Shown: positions 8,164 to 16,433, counted from the stretch's first letter. The stretch: 41,785 nucleotides of DNA from a virus (IMGVR_UViG_3300011422_000004:1-41785), one strand, 5' to 3'. Translations and numbers: made by a program. Notes: generated by a model not told the origin, from the letters alone.

Positions 8164-9269
8164 GGCGCGGGGCCTCCCTCGTCAGCGCCGGGGGGCGTCA
8201 GCGCGGCGGGCGGCGCCGGGTGTGCCAGGGGCCGGGGCGGGGCAGGTCCTCCAGTCCCTGGAGGCCACGCGCCTGAAACCGCGCGACCCATTTGTAGACA
8301 AACCGGCGGCTGATCCCCACCGTCTGCGCCACCTCGGTGATCGGCACGCCGGCCTCCACCAGCAGGAGGATCCGTCCCCGCCGAGCCCGGGCCGCCGGGA
8401 TGGTGTGCGCCCGCTGCCAGGCCTCGAGGGTCTGCCGCTCCGCTTGCGTGAGGCGGACCTTCAGGCGCGTGGTGCGTCCAGGGGGCATGCGTCGCTCCTT
8501 CTCGGGTGGCGCTGGGGGCGTCGGGTGGGTCATCGTCGTCACGCCCAAGGCGCGCCATCAGTCCACGCACCCCGGCAAGATTGAGGGCACATTGTGCCTG
8601 GTCCGGCACGGATGACGCCTGGGGGGGAAGGGAGACCGGAGCGGGCGTGGTGTTATTCCCCTGCCCACACAAGAGAGAAAAATGTTCCCGTACCACGGGA
8701 GAGGTAGGAGAGGGATCTGTTCTCTCTCTTTGAGTCTCTCCGGAAGTCTCTTCTTTCTCTGATTCATTATTACAAATGCCCGAAACGTCAACTTGCAAGT
8801 TCCCCGAAGGGATACTTGCAAGTTCCCCAAAGGTCAACTTGGAAATTCCTGGTTCCATAATGTTTTCAAAGTATTGCATCAAGATTTTGACATTGAGATG
8901 GATGTGCATCATGCGAAGATTGTGGAAGTGGAACCTCCGGATGGTAATGAACCCTTTCTCGACAAGGACGTCACTGGCACGATCGAATTGCTTCGGGCTC
9001 AGCCGACATTCCCCGTGCCAATCGGTGCGTTTTTTGACGAGCCACCAGCGCTCCTCTTTCCAGGCGGCGCAGCCCTGCACACACATGCGATGTGGGCCCC
9101 CTTTTTTGGGCGGCAAATGCCAATACATGATCTGGCTGAGCAAGAGGCCTGCGACGACATCGCCCCCAGCAAGATCGATATAGTGGCGCTTGCAGTCGAT
9201 GGCATCGCGCGCCTTGCCTTCCCACTCGAGAAAGGCCGGAGGCAGCGCGGCACACGCGTCAGGGTTCAT
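8160..9269 (-). CDS. Replication initiator-like protein (wHTH N-terminus, internal iterons)
   Basis: YIDLAGGDVVAGLLLSQIMYW...WLVKKRTDWHGECRLSPKQFDRASDVLVEKGFI; contains 23-bp repeats; low-complexity C-terminal extension is doubtful. Confidence 0.75.
   Translation of the reverse strand: MNPDACAALPPAFLEWEGKARDAIDCKRHYIDLAGGDVVAGLLLSQIMYWHLPPKKGGPHRMCVQGCAAWKEERWWLVKKRTDWHGECRLSPKQFDRASDVLVEKGFITIRRFHFHNLRMMHIHLNVKILMQYFENIMEPGISKLTFGELASIPSGNLQVDVSGICNNESEKEETSGETQRERTDPSPTSPVVREHFSLLCGQGNNTTPAPVSLPPQASSVPDQAQCALNLAGVRGLMARLGRDDDDPPDAPSATREGATHAPWTHHAPEGPPHASGAADPRGLAAGAHHPGGPGSAGTDPPAGGGRRADHRGGADGGDQPPVCLQMGRAVSGAWPPGTGGPAPPRPLAHPAPPAALTPPGADEGGPAP
8198..8488 (-). CDS. Stand-alone helix-turn-helix protein (IS630-type HTH, no DDE domain)
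   Basis: RBS AAGGAG; RRGRILLL..GVPITEVAQTVGISRRFVYKWVARF...GLQGLEDLPRPG; nested in the 3' extension of the rep ORF in another frame. Confidence 0.8.
   Translation of the reverse strand: MPPGRTTRLKVRLTQAERQTLEAWQRAHTIPAARARRGRILLLVEAGVPITEVAQTVGISRRFVYKWVARFQARGLQGLEDLPRPGPWHTRRRPPR
8768..8853. repeat. Iteron-like 23-bp direct repeats (candidate phage ori)
   Basis: ACTTGCAAGTTCCCC at 8791 and 8814, degenerate copies near 8837 and 8768; core ACTTGCAAGT is palindromic; AT-rich flank. Confidence 0.7.
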
Positions 9270-9723
9270 GGCTCGCCGCGTCCTTCTGGCCATGCGTGGG
9301 GATCGTCCACCAGGCGCCGGGATGCTCGGTAGACATCAAGCGCGCGAAATCAAGCGCGACGCAGAGCTTCCTGGTGGCTCCCTGCTGGACGCTGCCGTGC
9401 CAGAGCAAGCCTTTCTTGCACAGCCGCTCGAGCGCCTGGTCGAATTCCTCCGGCGTGATCCGGCACTCGTCCCACCAGTCGTCACGCGAGGTGATGAGCC
9501 ACAACTTGCCATGATCCCAGCCCCCGTATCCCGACGTCACCAGGCGGCTTTTCCCGCTCGGTGCGTGCGGGAGATACCAGTCGAGAAGCGCACTGAGCAG
9601 CACCCCGGCGACCAGATCGCCCGCGAGATCGATGTAGAGCCGTTGCACCGTAATAGTGTCCCGCGATGCCATATCCCACGCCACAAACTTGTCCCAACCG
9701 TGGTACGTTGCTGCCTTGTCCAC
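9259..9723 (-). CDS. Paralogous initiator-like wHTH protein
   Basis: YIDLAGDLVAGVLLSALLDW...WLITSRDDWWDECRITPEEFDQALERLCKKGLL aligns with the 8160-9269 N-terminus; start uncertain. Confidence 0.75.
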   Translation of the reverse strand: MDKAATYHGWDKFVAWDMASRDTITVQRLYIDLAGDLVAGVLLSALLDWYLPHAPSGKSRLVTSGYGGWDHGKLWLITSRDDWWDECRITPEEFDQALERLCKKGLLWHGSVQQGATRKLCVALDFARLMSTEHPGAWWTIPTHGQKDAASHEP

Positions 9724-9763
9724 CGTGGTTCCTTCTCCGGATCGCTTCATGGGTGGGTGGCTC

Positions 9764-9985
9764 CTAGAGCCCATGGCTATCATGCAGGAGCTGGGCGTCT
9801 GCCATCAGCTTGTACATGCGCTCTTGCACTTCGTCTTCCGTATAGCCGGTTTTCGCGGCGATATGTCCGATGGGGATCAGTTGCGGTGGCCACCTATCGC
9901 ACTCATCCGCATAGGCCAGCAGGATGAACTTGTCCTGTGGCTCGAGTCGCAACCGCCAGACTTGTACCATCATATCCAGGCTCAT
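9764..9985 (-). CDS. Small HTH protein resembling replication-protein N-termini
   Basis: MSLDMMVQVW...KFILLAYAD...IGHIAAKTGYTEDEVQERMYKL. Confidence 0.65.
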   Translation of the reverse strand: MSLDMMVQVWRLRLEPQDKFILLAYADECDRWPPQLIPIGHIAAKTGYTEDEVQERMYKLMADAQLLHDSHGL

Positions 9986-10236
9986 CCGTGTGTCTCCGTG
10001 TCGTGTGCTGTCTCACTGAAAAGCTCCGCCTGCCTCGCGCCCTCGCCCGCCTCCGCCTCGACCAGCCCCTTCAGCGTCCGTACGATCGCGCGCATCGCGG
10101 CCAGTTCGCGGAGCGCCGTGCGCTGCGCCATCGTCCCGTGCGCGGTCAGGCGCGCGTAGAGGCACACGCGCAGCGCCAGCTCGCGACGGGCGCAGGCAAG
10201 CTGGAGGCGCAGGGGGACGTCAGGCATGGCCATCAC
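9982..10236 (-). CDS. Hypothetical phage protein
   Basis: QLACARRELALRVCLYARL...M......RELAAMRAIVRTL, a pattern common in small phage ORFs. Confidence 0.7.
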   Translation of the reverse strand: MMAMPDVPLRLQLACARRELALRVCLYARLTAHGTMAQRTALRELAAMRAIVRTLKGLVEAEAGEGARQAELFSETAHDTETHG

Positions 10237-10597
10237 GCCTCCCGAACAACGGCAGTTGCCCCAAGGCCTCCTTGGTCAGGCGCCTCGTCTCGGCCGCATG
10301 GCGCTGGTGCAAGGCCATGTCGGTACGCAGGTGACAGCGGTTACACATCGCCTTGAGATGCTGTGGATCCGCGCACAGCGGTTCACACAGGCACAGGTGC
10401 GCGACGGTGAGCACCACCGTCCCTTTGGCATGGATGGCCCCCGTGCCGCCCACTTCGATGCAGCGCCGGGGTCCCGGATGCGTGCGGTGGAGTCCACATT
10501 CCCCGGTACACTCGCACTGCCCGGTCGCACGCAGGGTCCGGATGGCGAGCGAGACGTCTGGCCACTCGGGAGGATAGATGGGCTTCGGGCGTCTCAC
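10220..10597 (-). CDS. HNH-like zinc-binding endonuclease (early operon)
   Basis: YPPEW...CEC...VVLTVAHL...LKAMCNRCHLRTD; lacks the repeats and leader of HNH A/B. Confidence 0.75.
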   Translation of the reverse strand: MRRPKPIYPPEWPDVSLAIRTLRATGQCECTGECGLHRTHPGPRRCIEVGGTGAIHAKGTVVLTVAHLCLCEPLCADPQHLKAMCNRCHLRTDMALHQRHAAETRRLTKEALGQLPLFGRRDGHA

Positions 10598-10854
10598 GGA
10601 CTCTCCCTCCACTCGCTATGCCACGCACGGCAAAAGCCACAGAACCTCTCCGCGATGTCTGCCGGATGGCCACTCCCTAACCCGCAACACAGGCACACGA
10701 TCGCCGCCTGCCCGCCGCGCATCCCCACCGTATACGTCTGGCACCCGGCGGCCACCAGCGCGGCCCGCCTGCGCTGCGCGTCCGCCCGCAGGCGCGTGGG
10801 GTCGTGCACGTCGGGCGGGAGCGCCCAGCGGCGCGGGGGTGGGGCGTCAGGCAT
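10594..10854 (-). CDS. Hypothetical zinc-binding protein
   Basis: RBS AGGAGG; IVCLCCG..S.HP.DI..RFCGFC..WH. Confidence 0.65.
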   Translation of the reverse strand: MPDAPPPRRWALPPDVHDPTRLRADAQRRRAALVAAGCQTYTVGMRGGQAAIVCLCCGLGSGHPADIAERFCGFCRAWHSEWRESP

Positions 10855-10867
10855 GGGGGTGCTCCTC

Positions 10868-11146
10868 CTAGCCGGGGCTAAGCCCCCAGACTGTGCCACG
10901 GCATTCCACCTGGCCGGCGCCTGTCTTGAGACACCAGCGTTCAATAGCGTCGTCCGTTGCGCCTGCCAGCGGCCCCTTGGCCTGCCAGCGGCCAAACAGG
11001 GCCCACACTTCCCAATACTTCTCCTCATCGTCAGGGGCACTCCGCAAGCGCACAAATCCTGCGTCCCTCAGAATGGCGGCACGTGTCTCATACACCAGCA
11101 GATCGCTGTAATACCCCGCAATCCCATGCAGATAGATGTTGCTCAC
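10868..11146 (-). CDS. Hypothetical protein
   Basis: RBS GAGGAGG, GTG start, 92 aa. Confidence 0.6.
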   Translation of the reverse strand: MSNIYLHGIAGYYSDLLVYETRAAILRDAGFVRLRSAPDDEEKYWEVWALFGRWQAKGPLAGATDDAIERWCLKTGAGQVECRGTVWGLSPG

Positions 11147-11158
11147 GGCCCGTCCTCC

Positions 11159-11446
11159 TCAGTGCGGCGCCCTTGAAGCGCGCCGGCGTCGTGGCGTCGT
11201 CAGCGCCAGCACGCGCGCGGACGGAGCGGGGGGAAGCGGGGGTAATGGGTCCATCGGTCCCGGATCACTTGTGGACGTCCGATCACGCGCGGCCTGCCAC
11301 CGGTCCAGTTCCCCCTGATCGTAGAGCACCCGGTCCCCCAGTTTGCGAAAGCGTGGACCACCACCACGCACGCGCCAGTTCTCCAGCGTGCGCGGCGACA
11401 GGCGCAGATACGCCGCCGCTTCGGGGGTGGTGAGGAGATCAGACAT
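11159..11446 (-). CDS. xis: Excisionase-like HTH_17 protein
   Basis: LLTTPEAAAYLRLSPRTLENWRVRGGGPRFRKLGDRVLY. Confidence 0.85.
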   Translation of the reverse strand: MSDLLTTPEAAAYLRLSPRTLENWRVRGGGPRFRKLGDRVLYDQGELDRWQAARDRTSTSDPGPMDPLPPLPPAPSARVLALTTPRRRRASRAPH

Positions 11447-11795
11447 GGGGCTGCTCCTGACCACCCTGCACACCCGCCTCATCGGTATAGAACGCGACGT
11501 CTTGCAGCGCGCTCGCCATCGCCGCCGCATGCTGTGCACAGGCGTGCAATGCTTCACTGAGGGTGGTATAGGTTGCGCACGCCGCGACGGGAGCATCGTC
11601 TTGCGGAAAAAACGTCATGACCGAGACCTCAAACACGCGGGCGAGCATGACCAGATCCTCAGCAGGAATACGGACAAGCCCTTTTTCCCACCGATAAATC
11701 TCTTGCTGAGAACGCCCGATGGCCTCCCCTAACCGCTGTTGTGTCCACTTCCGTTGGCGCCTCAGTGCGCGCACGCGTTGTCCTAACGTCTTCAT
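11439..11795 (-). CDS. Cro-like XRE regulator (first gene of the early operon)
   Basis: LGQRVRALRRQRKWTQQRLGEAIGRSQQEIYRWEKG; divergent from a second XRE gene. Confidence 0.85.
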   Translation of the reverse strand: MKTLGQRVRALRRQRKWTQQRLGEAIGRSQQEIYRWEKGLVRIPAEDLVMLARVFEVSVMTFFPQDDAPVAACATYTTLSEALHACAQHAAAMASALQDVAFYTDEAGVQGGQEQPHV

Positions 11796-11802
11796 ATGCC
11801 CC

Positions 11803-11858
11803 TCATCAGATTTGATGTCTCTGTCACATATTTTCATCAAACCTGTTGTGAGTTGCAA
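11803..11858 (-). promoter_or_regulatory. Early promoter with two operator-like sites
   Basis: Minus strand TTGCAA-17-GAAAAT; TCATCA-N4-TGWTGT at 11803-11818 and 11834-11849. Confidence 0.55.
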
Positions 11859-11946
11859 GGAAAAAAGACGATTTATGCTTAAGTTTTGCCCATGTCACGC
11901 CGACACGTATTTTGCTGTTTTAACAACAATGTGGTTTATTTTTCCT

Positions 11947-12258
11947 ATGAGCATCGCTGAGCGCATCCGTACACTTCGTCGGGCCAGGAAGCTGAGCCAG
12001 CGACAACTCGGGGCACGCATCGGACGTACCCAACAAGAGATCTATCGCTGGGAGAAGGGATTGGTGCGCGTGCACGCTGATGACGTGGGCTTGATGGCGG
12101 CTGCGTTAGATGTTCCTGTTAACGCATTTTATGATGACAAGGAATGCACCGGGGAACATGTGGATTGGGAATTACAGGCAGCAAGCAGTCACATGCCACA
12201 GCAAGACCGGAAAAAATTGATTGATTTCCTTTCGACTGCCTATGGTCCCAGCCAGTAA
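11947..12258 (+). CDS. CI-like XRE repressor (103 aa, no peptidase domain)
   Basis: IAERIRTLRRARKLSQRQLGARIGRTQQEIYRWEKG; no clear RBS, possibly leaderless. Confidence 0.85.
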   Translation: MSIAERIRTLRRARKLSQRQLGARIGRTQQEIYRWEKGLVRVHADDVGLMAAALDVPVNAFYDDKECTGEHVDWELQAASSHMPQQDRKKLIDFLSTAYGPSQ

Positions 12259-12285
12259 CGTGTGCCTGGACATCGCAGTGCGAGC

Positions 12286-13440
12286 CTACCCACCCAGCGC
12301 ACGCTCCAGCGCCTCTCCGACCAACCGCGCCGCCTGCGCCACAGGATCCGGTGCCAGATGCGCGTAGCGCTGCGTCGTCTGCGTATCGGCATGCCCGAGC
12401 AACCGCCCGACCACCTGCAGGGACAGGCCCAACGTCGCCCCGAACGACGCGAATGTATGCCGCAGATCGTGCAGGCGCAGGTTCTCAAGCTCGGCAGCCG
12501 TACAGAGGCGCTGCCACTGTCTGAGAGGATGGGCACGCGGCTGACCACGCAGACCCGGCAAGACCAGACCGGACGCACGCGGCTCCAGCCCCTGGAGCAC
12601 GCCCAGGGCTCCGGGAGACAGGTAGAGCGTTTTTGCGCCGGTTTTCGACTCGGGCAGTCGGGCCGACGCGCGTGGCCAGTCAATCCACTCCCACCTCAGC
12701 GTGCGGATTTCTCCCCAACGTGCCCCGGTCAGGAGCAGCAGCCGGACCAGCGCCACCGTCCAGCCCGACGCCAGGCCTTCAGCATCGGCACGCGCCAGCA
12801 CCGCCCCGAGGCGCGCCAGTTCGGTGGGCGTCAAATACCGCTCGCGCTTCACTTCCCGGAAGCGCGAGATACGCCGGGCCGGATTGGAGCCCTCCGGACG
12901 CAGCCCCCACGCTTCGGCCACCTCAAACAGGGTGCCACAGAGGGCCAGCACGCGGTTGGCCTGTGTCGGCGTGGCGGTGAGCCGACTGTGCAGCGCCTGG
13001 ACGTCCGTACGTGTGACCGCCGTGAGCGGCCGCGTGCCGAGCGCCGGGAGGACATGGCGCGTGAGTGTACCCTGGTAATTGTGCACGGTTTGGGGACGCA
13101 GACGCTGTGCCTGCGTCTCCAGCCACCGGCTGGCGAACTCCGCCACGGTGGCCTCTATCCGTGCGGTTTTTTTCTCCTGGGCCGGATCGCCACCGGCGCG
13201 AACCCGTGCCAGGTAGGTCTGGGCCATGGCCCGAGCCTGCTCGGGTGTCAGCACCCCGTGTGGCCCGAGGGCGAGGCGACGGGTGCGTCCAGAGCCCACG
13301 GCACGGTACTGGATGAGGTAACTCTTGCGGCCACTGGCGTAGACACGCACACCGAAGCCCGGGACCTCCGGTTCCCAGACAAAGTAGTCGGAGGCCTGGG
13401 ACGCGAGTTGATCGACGAGGCGCTTGGTAAGTTTTGGCAT
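12286..13440 (-). CDS. int: Tyrosine integrase with N-terminal arm-binding domain
   Basis: MPKLTKR...PGFGVRV...GRKSY...; catalytic residues in TGARWGE, SKTG, HDLRH, LGH, RYAH. Confidence 0.95.
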   Translation of the reverse strand: MPKLTKRLVDQLASQASDYFVWEPEVPGFGVRVYASGRKSYLIQYRAVGSGRTRRLALGPHGVLTPEQARAMAQTYLARVRAGGDPAQEKKTARIEATVAEFASRWLETQAQRLRPQTVHNYQGTLTRHVLPALGTRPLTAVTRTDVQALHSRLTATPTQANRVLALCGTLFEVAEAWGLRPEGSNPARRISRFREVKRERYLTPTELARLGAVLARADAEGLASGWTVALVRLLLLTGARWGEIRTLRWEWIDWPRASARLPESKTGAKTLYLSPGALGVLQGLEPRASGLVLPGLRGQPRAHPLRQWQRLCTAAELENLRLHDLRHTFASFGATLGLSLQVVGRLLGHADTQTTQRYAHLAPDPVAQAARLVGEALERALGG

Positions 13441-13459
13441 AGGCCCTCCCGGTTCTGCA

Positions 13460-13745
13460 GAGGAAGCATAGCACAGCCACGGAAGCATGGCGGAAGCAGG
13501 CTACAGTGAATCACAGAGTATCACAGAGTAGTACAGAGTACAAAAGGCGTGTTGAAGAGGTAGGGAAAAGAGTAGCTTAGCGTAGGATCGTGCACCAGGG
13601 AGTACTACAGCGTACACAGGGAGAGGTGTTATGGAGACAGTTGGATTCTAGGAGAAGTTTGTGCAGGAATGTGCAGGTATATCACGACAATGACGCGTAT
13701 GGACCTCTCCTCCTCTGTCGTCTGCGGAAGCATAGCGGAAGCGCC
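13460..13745. other. attP-like region
   Basis: Non-coding gap beside int; CGGAAGCATRGCGGAAGC at 13480 and 13725 (arm-type sites); 10-bp-period ACAGAGTA repeats at 13501-13540. Confidence 0.65.
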
Positions 13746-13786
13746 GCGTCACCGAGATGGCTGGTCAGGAGGGTGAGGAGTGGCGT

Positions 13787-14743
13787 CTATCGGTACCCAC
13801 AGGCCTGCAAGAACTCCCGTTCAATATCCGTCCCAGAGATACGAGCCGTCACGAGCTCTTTCTCCGTATATATTTTGAAATGCGGCATGTGTCCTTGCGC
13901 ATCGAAGTAGGTGACAAAGGGTTGTGCACCGACATAGCCGCCAAACGCGTTCTTGGCATTGACCGTCCCACAGACCAGCGAACCCCAGGGGAGTGCGGTG
14001 AACGCCACTTTACGCGAGTCTGGGTCTTTGAGCATGCGCACCAGCATGGTATCAATGCGTGCCTGATAATCCCCCGGACGCTTGATCTGTTTCAGCCCTG
14101 CGAGCACCATCTCCAGCGCTTCACGGCGGGATTGTTCGGCGCTTTTCTGCTCGACGAGCACCGCTGCCTGCTGCGCCGCTCGTTCCTGCTCACGCATGGC
14201 ATTCCAGCGCTGTTCGCTTTCCTGGGTCGCGACCTGGCGCGCTTGCATGTCTGCCTTGCGCTTGTCTTCCGCTGCTTTCTCCCGTGCTTCGTGGACAGCG
14301 TGTTGCTGGCGGACAGCATCCGCGGCTGGGCTTTCACGCGTGACCTGTGCGAGGACGGTACTGAGGTTGTCGGTATTGTCGAGCAGAACATCTGCCAGAA
14401 GAGCCTGGGCGTCGGCCTGGCGTACATAGACGCCGACCGTTTTCCCGAGACAGACGACGCGCAATTCTTCGGCACTGATCGCCCACCGACGATTGATGAC
14501 AGGGCGGACCAGTACCGTCTTGCCTTCCGTCTCAACCTGCAGTGTCTCGTGATCGAGCACGTTGGTCACTTTCCCAAGGAACATCTGACGCGGTTGTGAG
14601 GTGACGGGAAGCCGCTGGCCTGTCCTGACCATCTCACAGGTCATCTTACCATTGAGAACGCGGCATTCTTGGACATCTGCACTGGCCACGCCTGCCAGGC
14701 TCAGGGCCAGCGTCAACGTAATGGTCGCGAGGGGGGTACGCAT
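13787..14743 (-). CDS. Exported moron protein (signal peptide, SNase-like OB fold, coiled coil, LKDPDS...CG.VNAKN.FGGYVG domain)
   Basis: Signal peptide MRTPLATITLTLALSLAGVASA; GKVTNVLDHETLQV resembles the thermonuclease N-terminal strands. Confidence 0.7.
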   Translation of the reverse strand: MRTPLATITLTLALSLAGVASADVQECRVLNGKMTCEMVRTGQRLPVTSQPRQMFLGKVTNVLDHETLQVETEGKTVLVRPVINRRWAISAEELRVVCLGKTVGVYVRQADAQALLADVLLDNTDNLSTVLAQVTRESPAADAVRQQHAVHEAREKAAEDKRKADMQARQVATQESEQRWNAMREQERAAQQAAVLVEQKSAEQSRREALEMVLAGLKQIKRPGDYQARIDTMLVRMLKDPDSRKVAFTALPWGSLVCGTVNAKNAFGGYVGAQPFVTYFDAQGHMPHFKIYTEKELVTARISGTDIEREFLQACGYR

Positions 14744-14962
14744 ACATCGTTCTTTCGTGTGTAGAAGTGGGTGTGATGGGTCTCTAGGGTCTCGTATCGG
14801 CACCTTTCTTCCAACGCGTTATCAGCCAAACCCTGATGTGCCTGTCCGTCTTTCCCTGACACGCGCGCTGGCGGCGCTGGTGTGGGGCGACGCGTCCATG
14901 CGCGTTTTTACATGTAGTGTTAAGGTGTAAAACTTCCGTATGACACACCGCTGGCGCTAGGG

Positions 14963-15046
14963 CGTGGTATCCACCGATGGCTATCCATGGCGGGCTATCC
15001 ACACACGGCTATCCATGGGCAGGTATCCACACACGGCTATCCGTTG
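14963..15046. repeat. Six tandem 14-bp repeats centred on TATCC
   Basis: TATCC at 14968, 14982, 14996, 15010, 15024, 15038 (exact 14-bp period); extra copy at 15077. Confidence 0.85.
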
Positions 15047-15106
15047 AAGCTGATGTCGGTTCAAGTGATGTGGCGTTATCCATGGAAATAATCACGCGAA
15101 GGGTAC

Positions 15107-15131
15107 AGCCCTCTCCCGAGAGGAGAGGGCT
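15107..15131 (-). terminator. Hairpin, probable terminator of the SWIM operon
   Basis: AGCCCTCTCC-CGAGA-GGAGAGGGCT perfect 10-bp stem just past the 15146 stop; weak U tract. Confidence 0.5.
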
Positions 15132-15145
15132 ACGTGTGTGAGTGG

Positions 15146-15388
15146 TTACGCCGCCTCGGGGAAGGGATCCTCCTCTGCGGCCTGCGCCTGCTTGTCCGCC
15201 ACCGCCGCCAGATGTGCGACCGCCTCGCACAGTGCCGGCAGGTGCGCCGTCTCGAAGCGCACGCTAAAGCCGGTGCCGGTGCTGGTGAGGGCGCCGCAGA
15301 GCAGCACACTCACGGCGTCGGGGTGCGTGACGACCTGCAGGTGTTCGCGCGCGTCGGGGTAGTACGTCGTATCCGTCCAGGTTCTCAT
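15146..15388 (-). CDS. Hypothetical protein
   Basis: RBS AGGAG; 80 aa. Confidence 0.6.
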   Translation of the reverse strand: MRTWTDTTYYPDAREHLQVVTHPDAVSVLLCGALTSTGTGFSVRFETAHLPALCEAVAHLAAVADKQAQAAEEDPFPEAA

Positions 15389-15438
15389 CGTGAGTCTCCT
15401 ATGCTATGGAAAGGGGGAGCAGCGCGCTCCCCGCATGG

Positions 15439-16107
15439 TTATTTCGCCGGGTATCTCCAGGTGCAATACGATTGGTCGGCCATGCGTTTCGTGCAGTACC
15501 AGGTCCCTGGCGCCTTCGTCGACTCCTTGCCAGGCCCGTGATGGGGGCACGTCGGCGTCCCCTGCGCCTGCCCCTGCGCGGGCGTCCCTTCCGGCGCGCG
15601 GGCGGCGGGCGGATCGAAGAGCGCGTGCACGGCGTCGAAGTGGATCTTGAACTCCTCCAGCGTCTGGCCACGCGCGGTGAGCTGCGTGTCGATCCCCCGC
15701 ACGGTGCCACGCAAGCAGGCCGAAAAGAGGGCTTCGGGGCAGGTGTTGTCAGCGGCCGCTGGGGTGGACCTTCCCTCGCCAAGGGGGAGGGTGCGGTGGA
15801 GCACCTCGCCCGCGCGTTTGTAGAGTTGGACCGCCAGCTTATGCTTGCAGTACCCCTGCGGCGCTCTGGGCGCATCGAGACACGTACAATTGCCGTTCAC
15901 CCGGTACCACGTCTGCCCATCGCTGGAGAGCACTTGCGCGTGGCGGCCGTCCTCGCCCAGCCAGACGTGCCGATGCAGCACCAGGGCCGTGGCCCGCTCC
16001 AGATGCCCATGCAGGCTCTTGTCGAGCTTCGCGTGCGCCAGCTCGGACACGTACAGCACGGCATCGCGAAAGGTGGTGAGTCTTTCCTCTCCGAGTGTCA
16101 GGTCCAT
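15439..16107 (-). CDS. SWIM zinc-finger protein with C-terminal Cys/His module
   Basis: WYRVNGNCTCLD...YCKHKLA (CxC...CxH); C-terminal CPHHG...WYC...YC. Confidence 0.8.
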   Translation of the reverse strand: MDLTLGEERLTTFRDAVLYVSELAHAKLDKSLHGHLERATALVLHRHVWLGEDGRHAQVLSSDGQTWYRVNGNCTCLDAPRAPQGYCKHKLAVQLYKRAGEVLHRTLPLGEGRSTPAAADNTCPEALFSACLRGTVRGIDTQLTARGQTLEEFKIHFDAVHALFDPPAARAPEGTPAQGQAQGTPTCPHHGPGKESTKAPGTWYCTKRMADQSYCTWRYPAK

Positions 16108-16328
16108 TACCGCAACTCCTCCAGCGCCACGAGCACCAGGCGGTGCATCTCCGAGCCCTCGAGAATGCCATAGTCGGCCAACGTCCACGGTCGCCCTTCA
16201 TCCTGCTTGAGTGTAATCGACTCCGCCACAAACCGCGCTTTGCGTGCCGGCGTGAGCGCCTGCGAGCGGTGGTACGCGGCGCGGTGCAGGCGCTTGTGGA
16301 ACGTTGGGGTATCCGTTATGCTTGCCAT
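16107..16328 (-). CDS. Hypothetical protein
   Basis: TAATG coupling to the SWIM gene; RBS AAGGA. Confidence 0.6.
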   Translation of the reverse strand: MASITDTPTFHKRLHRAAYHRSQALTPARKARFVAESITLKQDEGRPWTLADYGILEGSEMHRLVLVALEELR

Positions 16329-16433
16329 CGTTCTTTTCCTTTTACGGGGTGAGGAACCGAGAAGGCGCTGCGCAACTTTCCACGGGAACGCAGCGCCTTT
16401 TTGCTTGCCGAGTGCGTCTCAGCATCTACTAAT

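Noticed and set aside
8198-8488. Active IS630 insertion sequence
   Set aside because: HTH only; no DDE domain, terminal inverted repeats or TA duplication seen.
13632-13648. Complete tRNA gene
   Set aside because: Only a 3'-end-like fragment; no D or anticodon arm. Kept as a tentative att core.
14963-15046. CRISPR or TIGR-type guide array
   Set aside because: The constant core is only about 5-6 bp, the intervening 9-mers recur (ACACACGGC twice), and no cas or Nop-domain gene was recognised.
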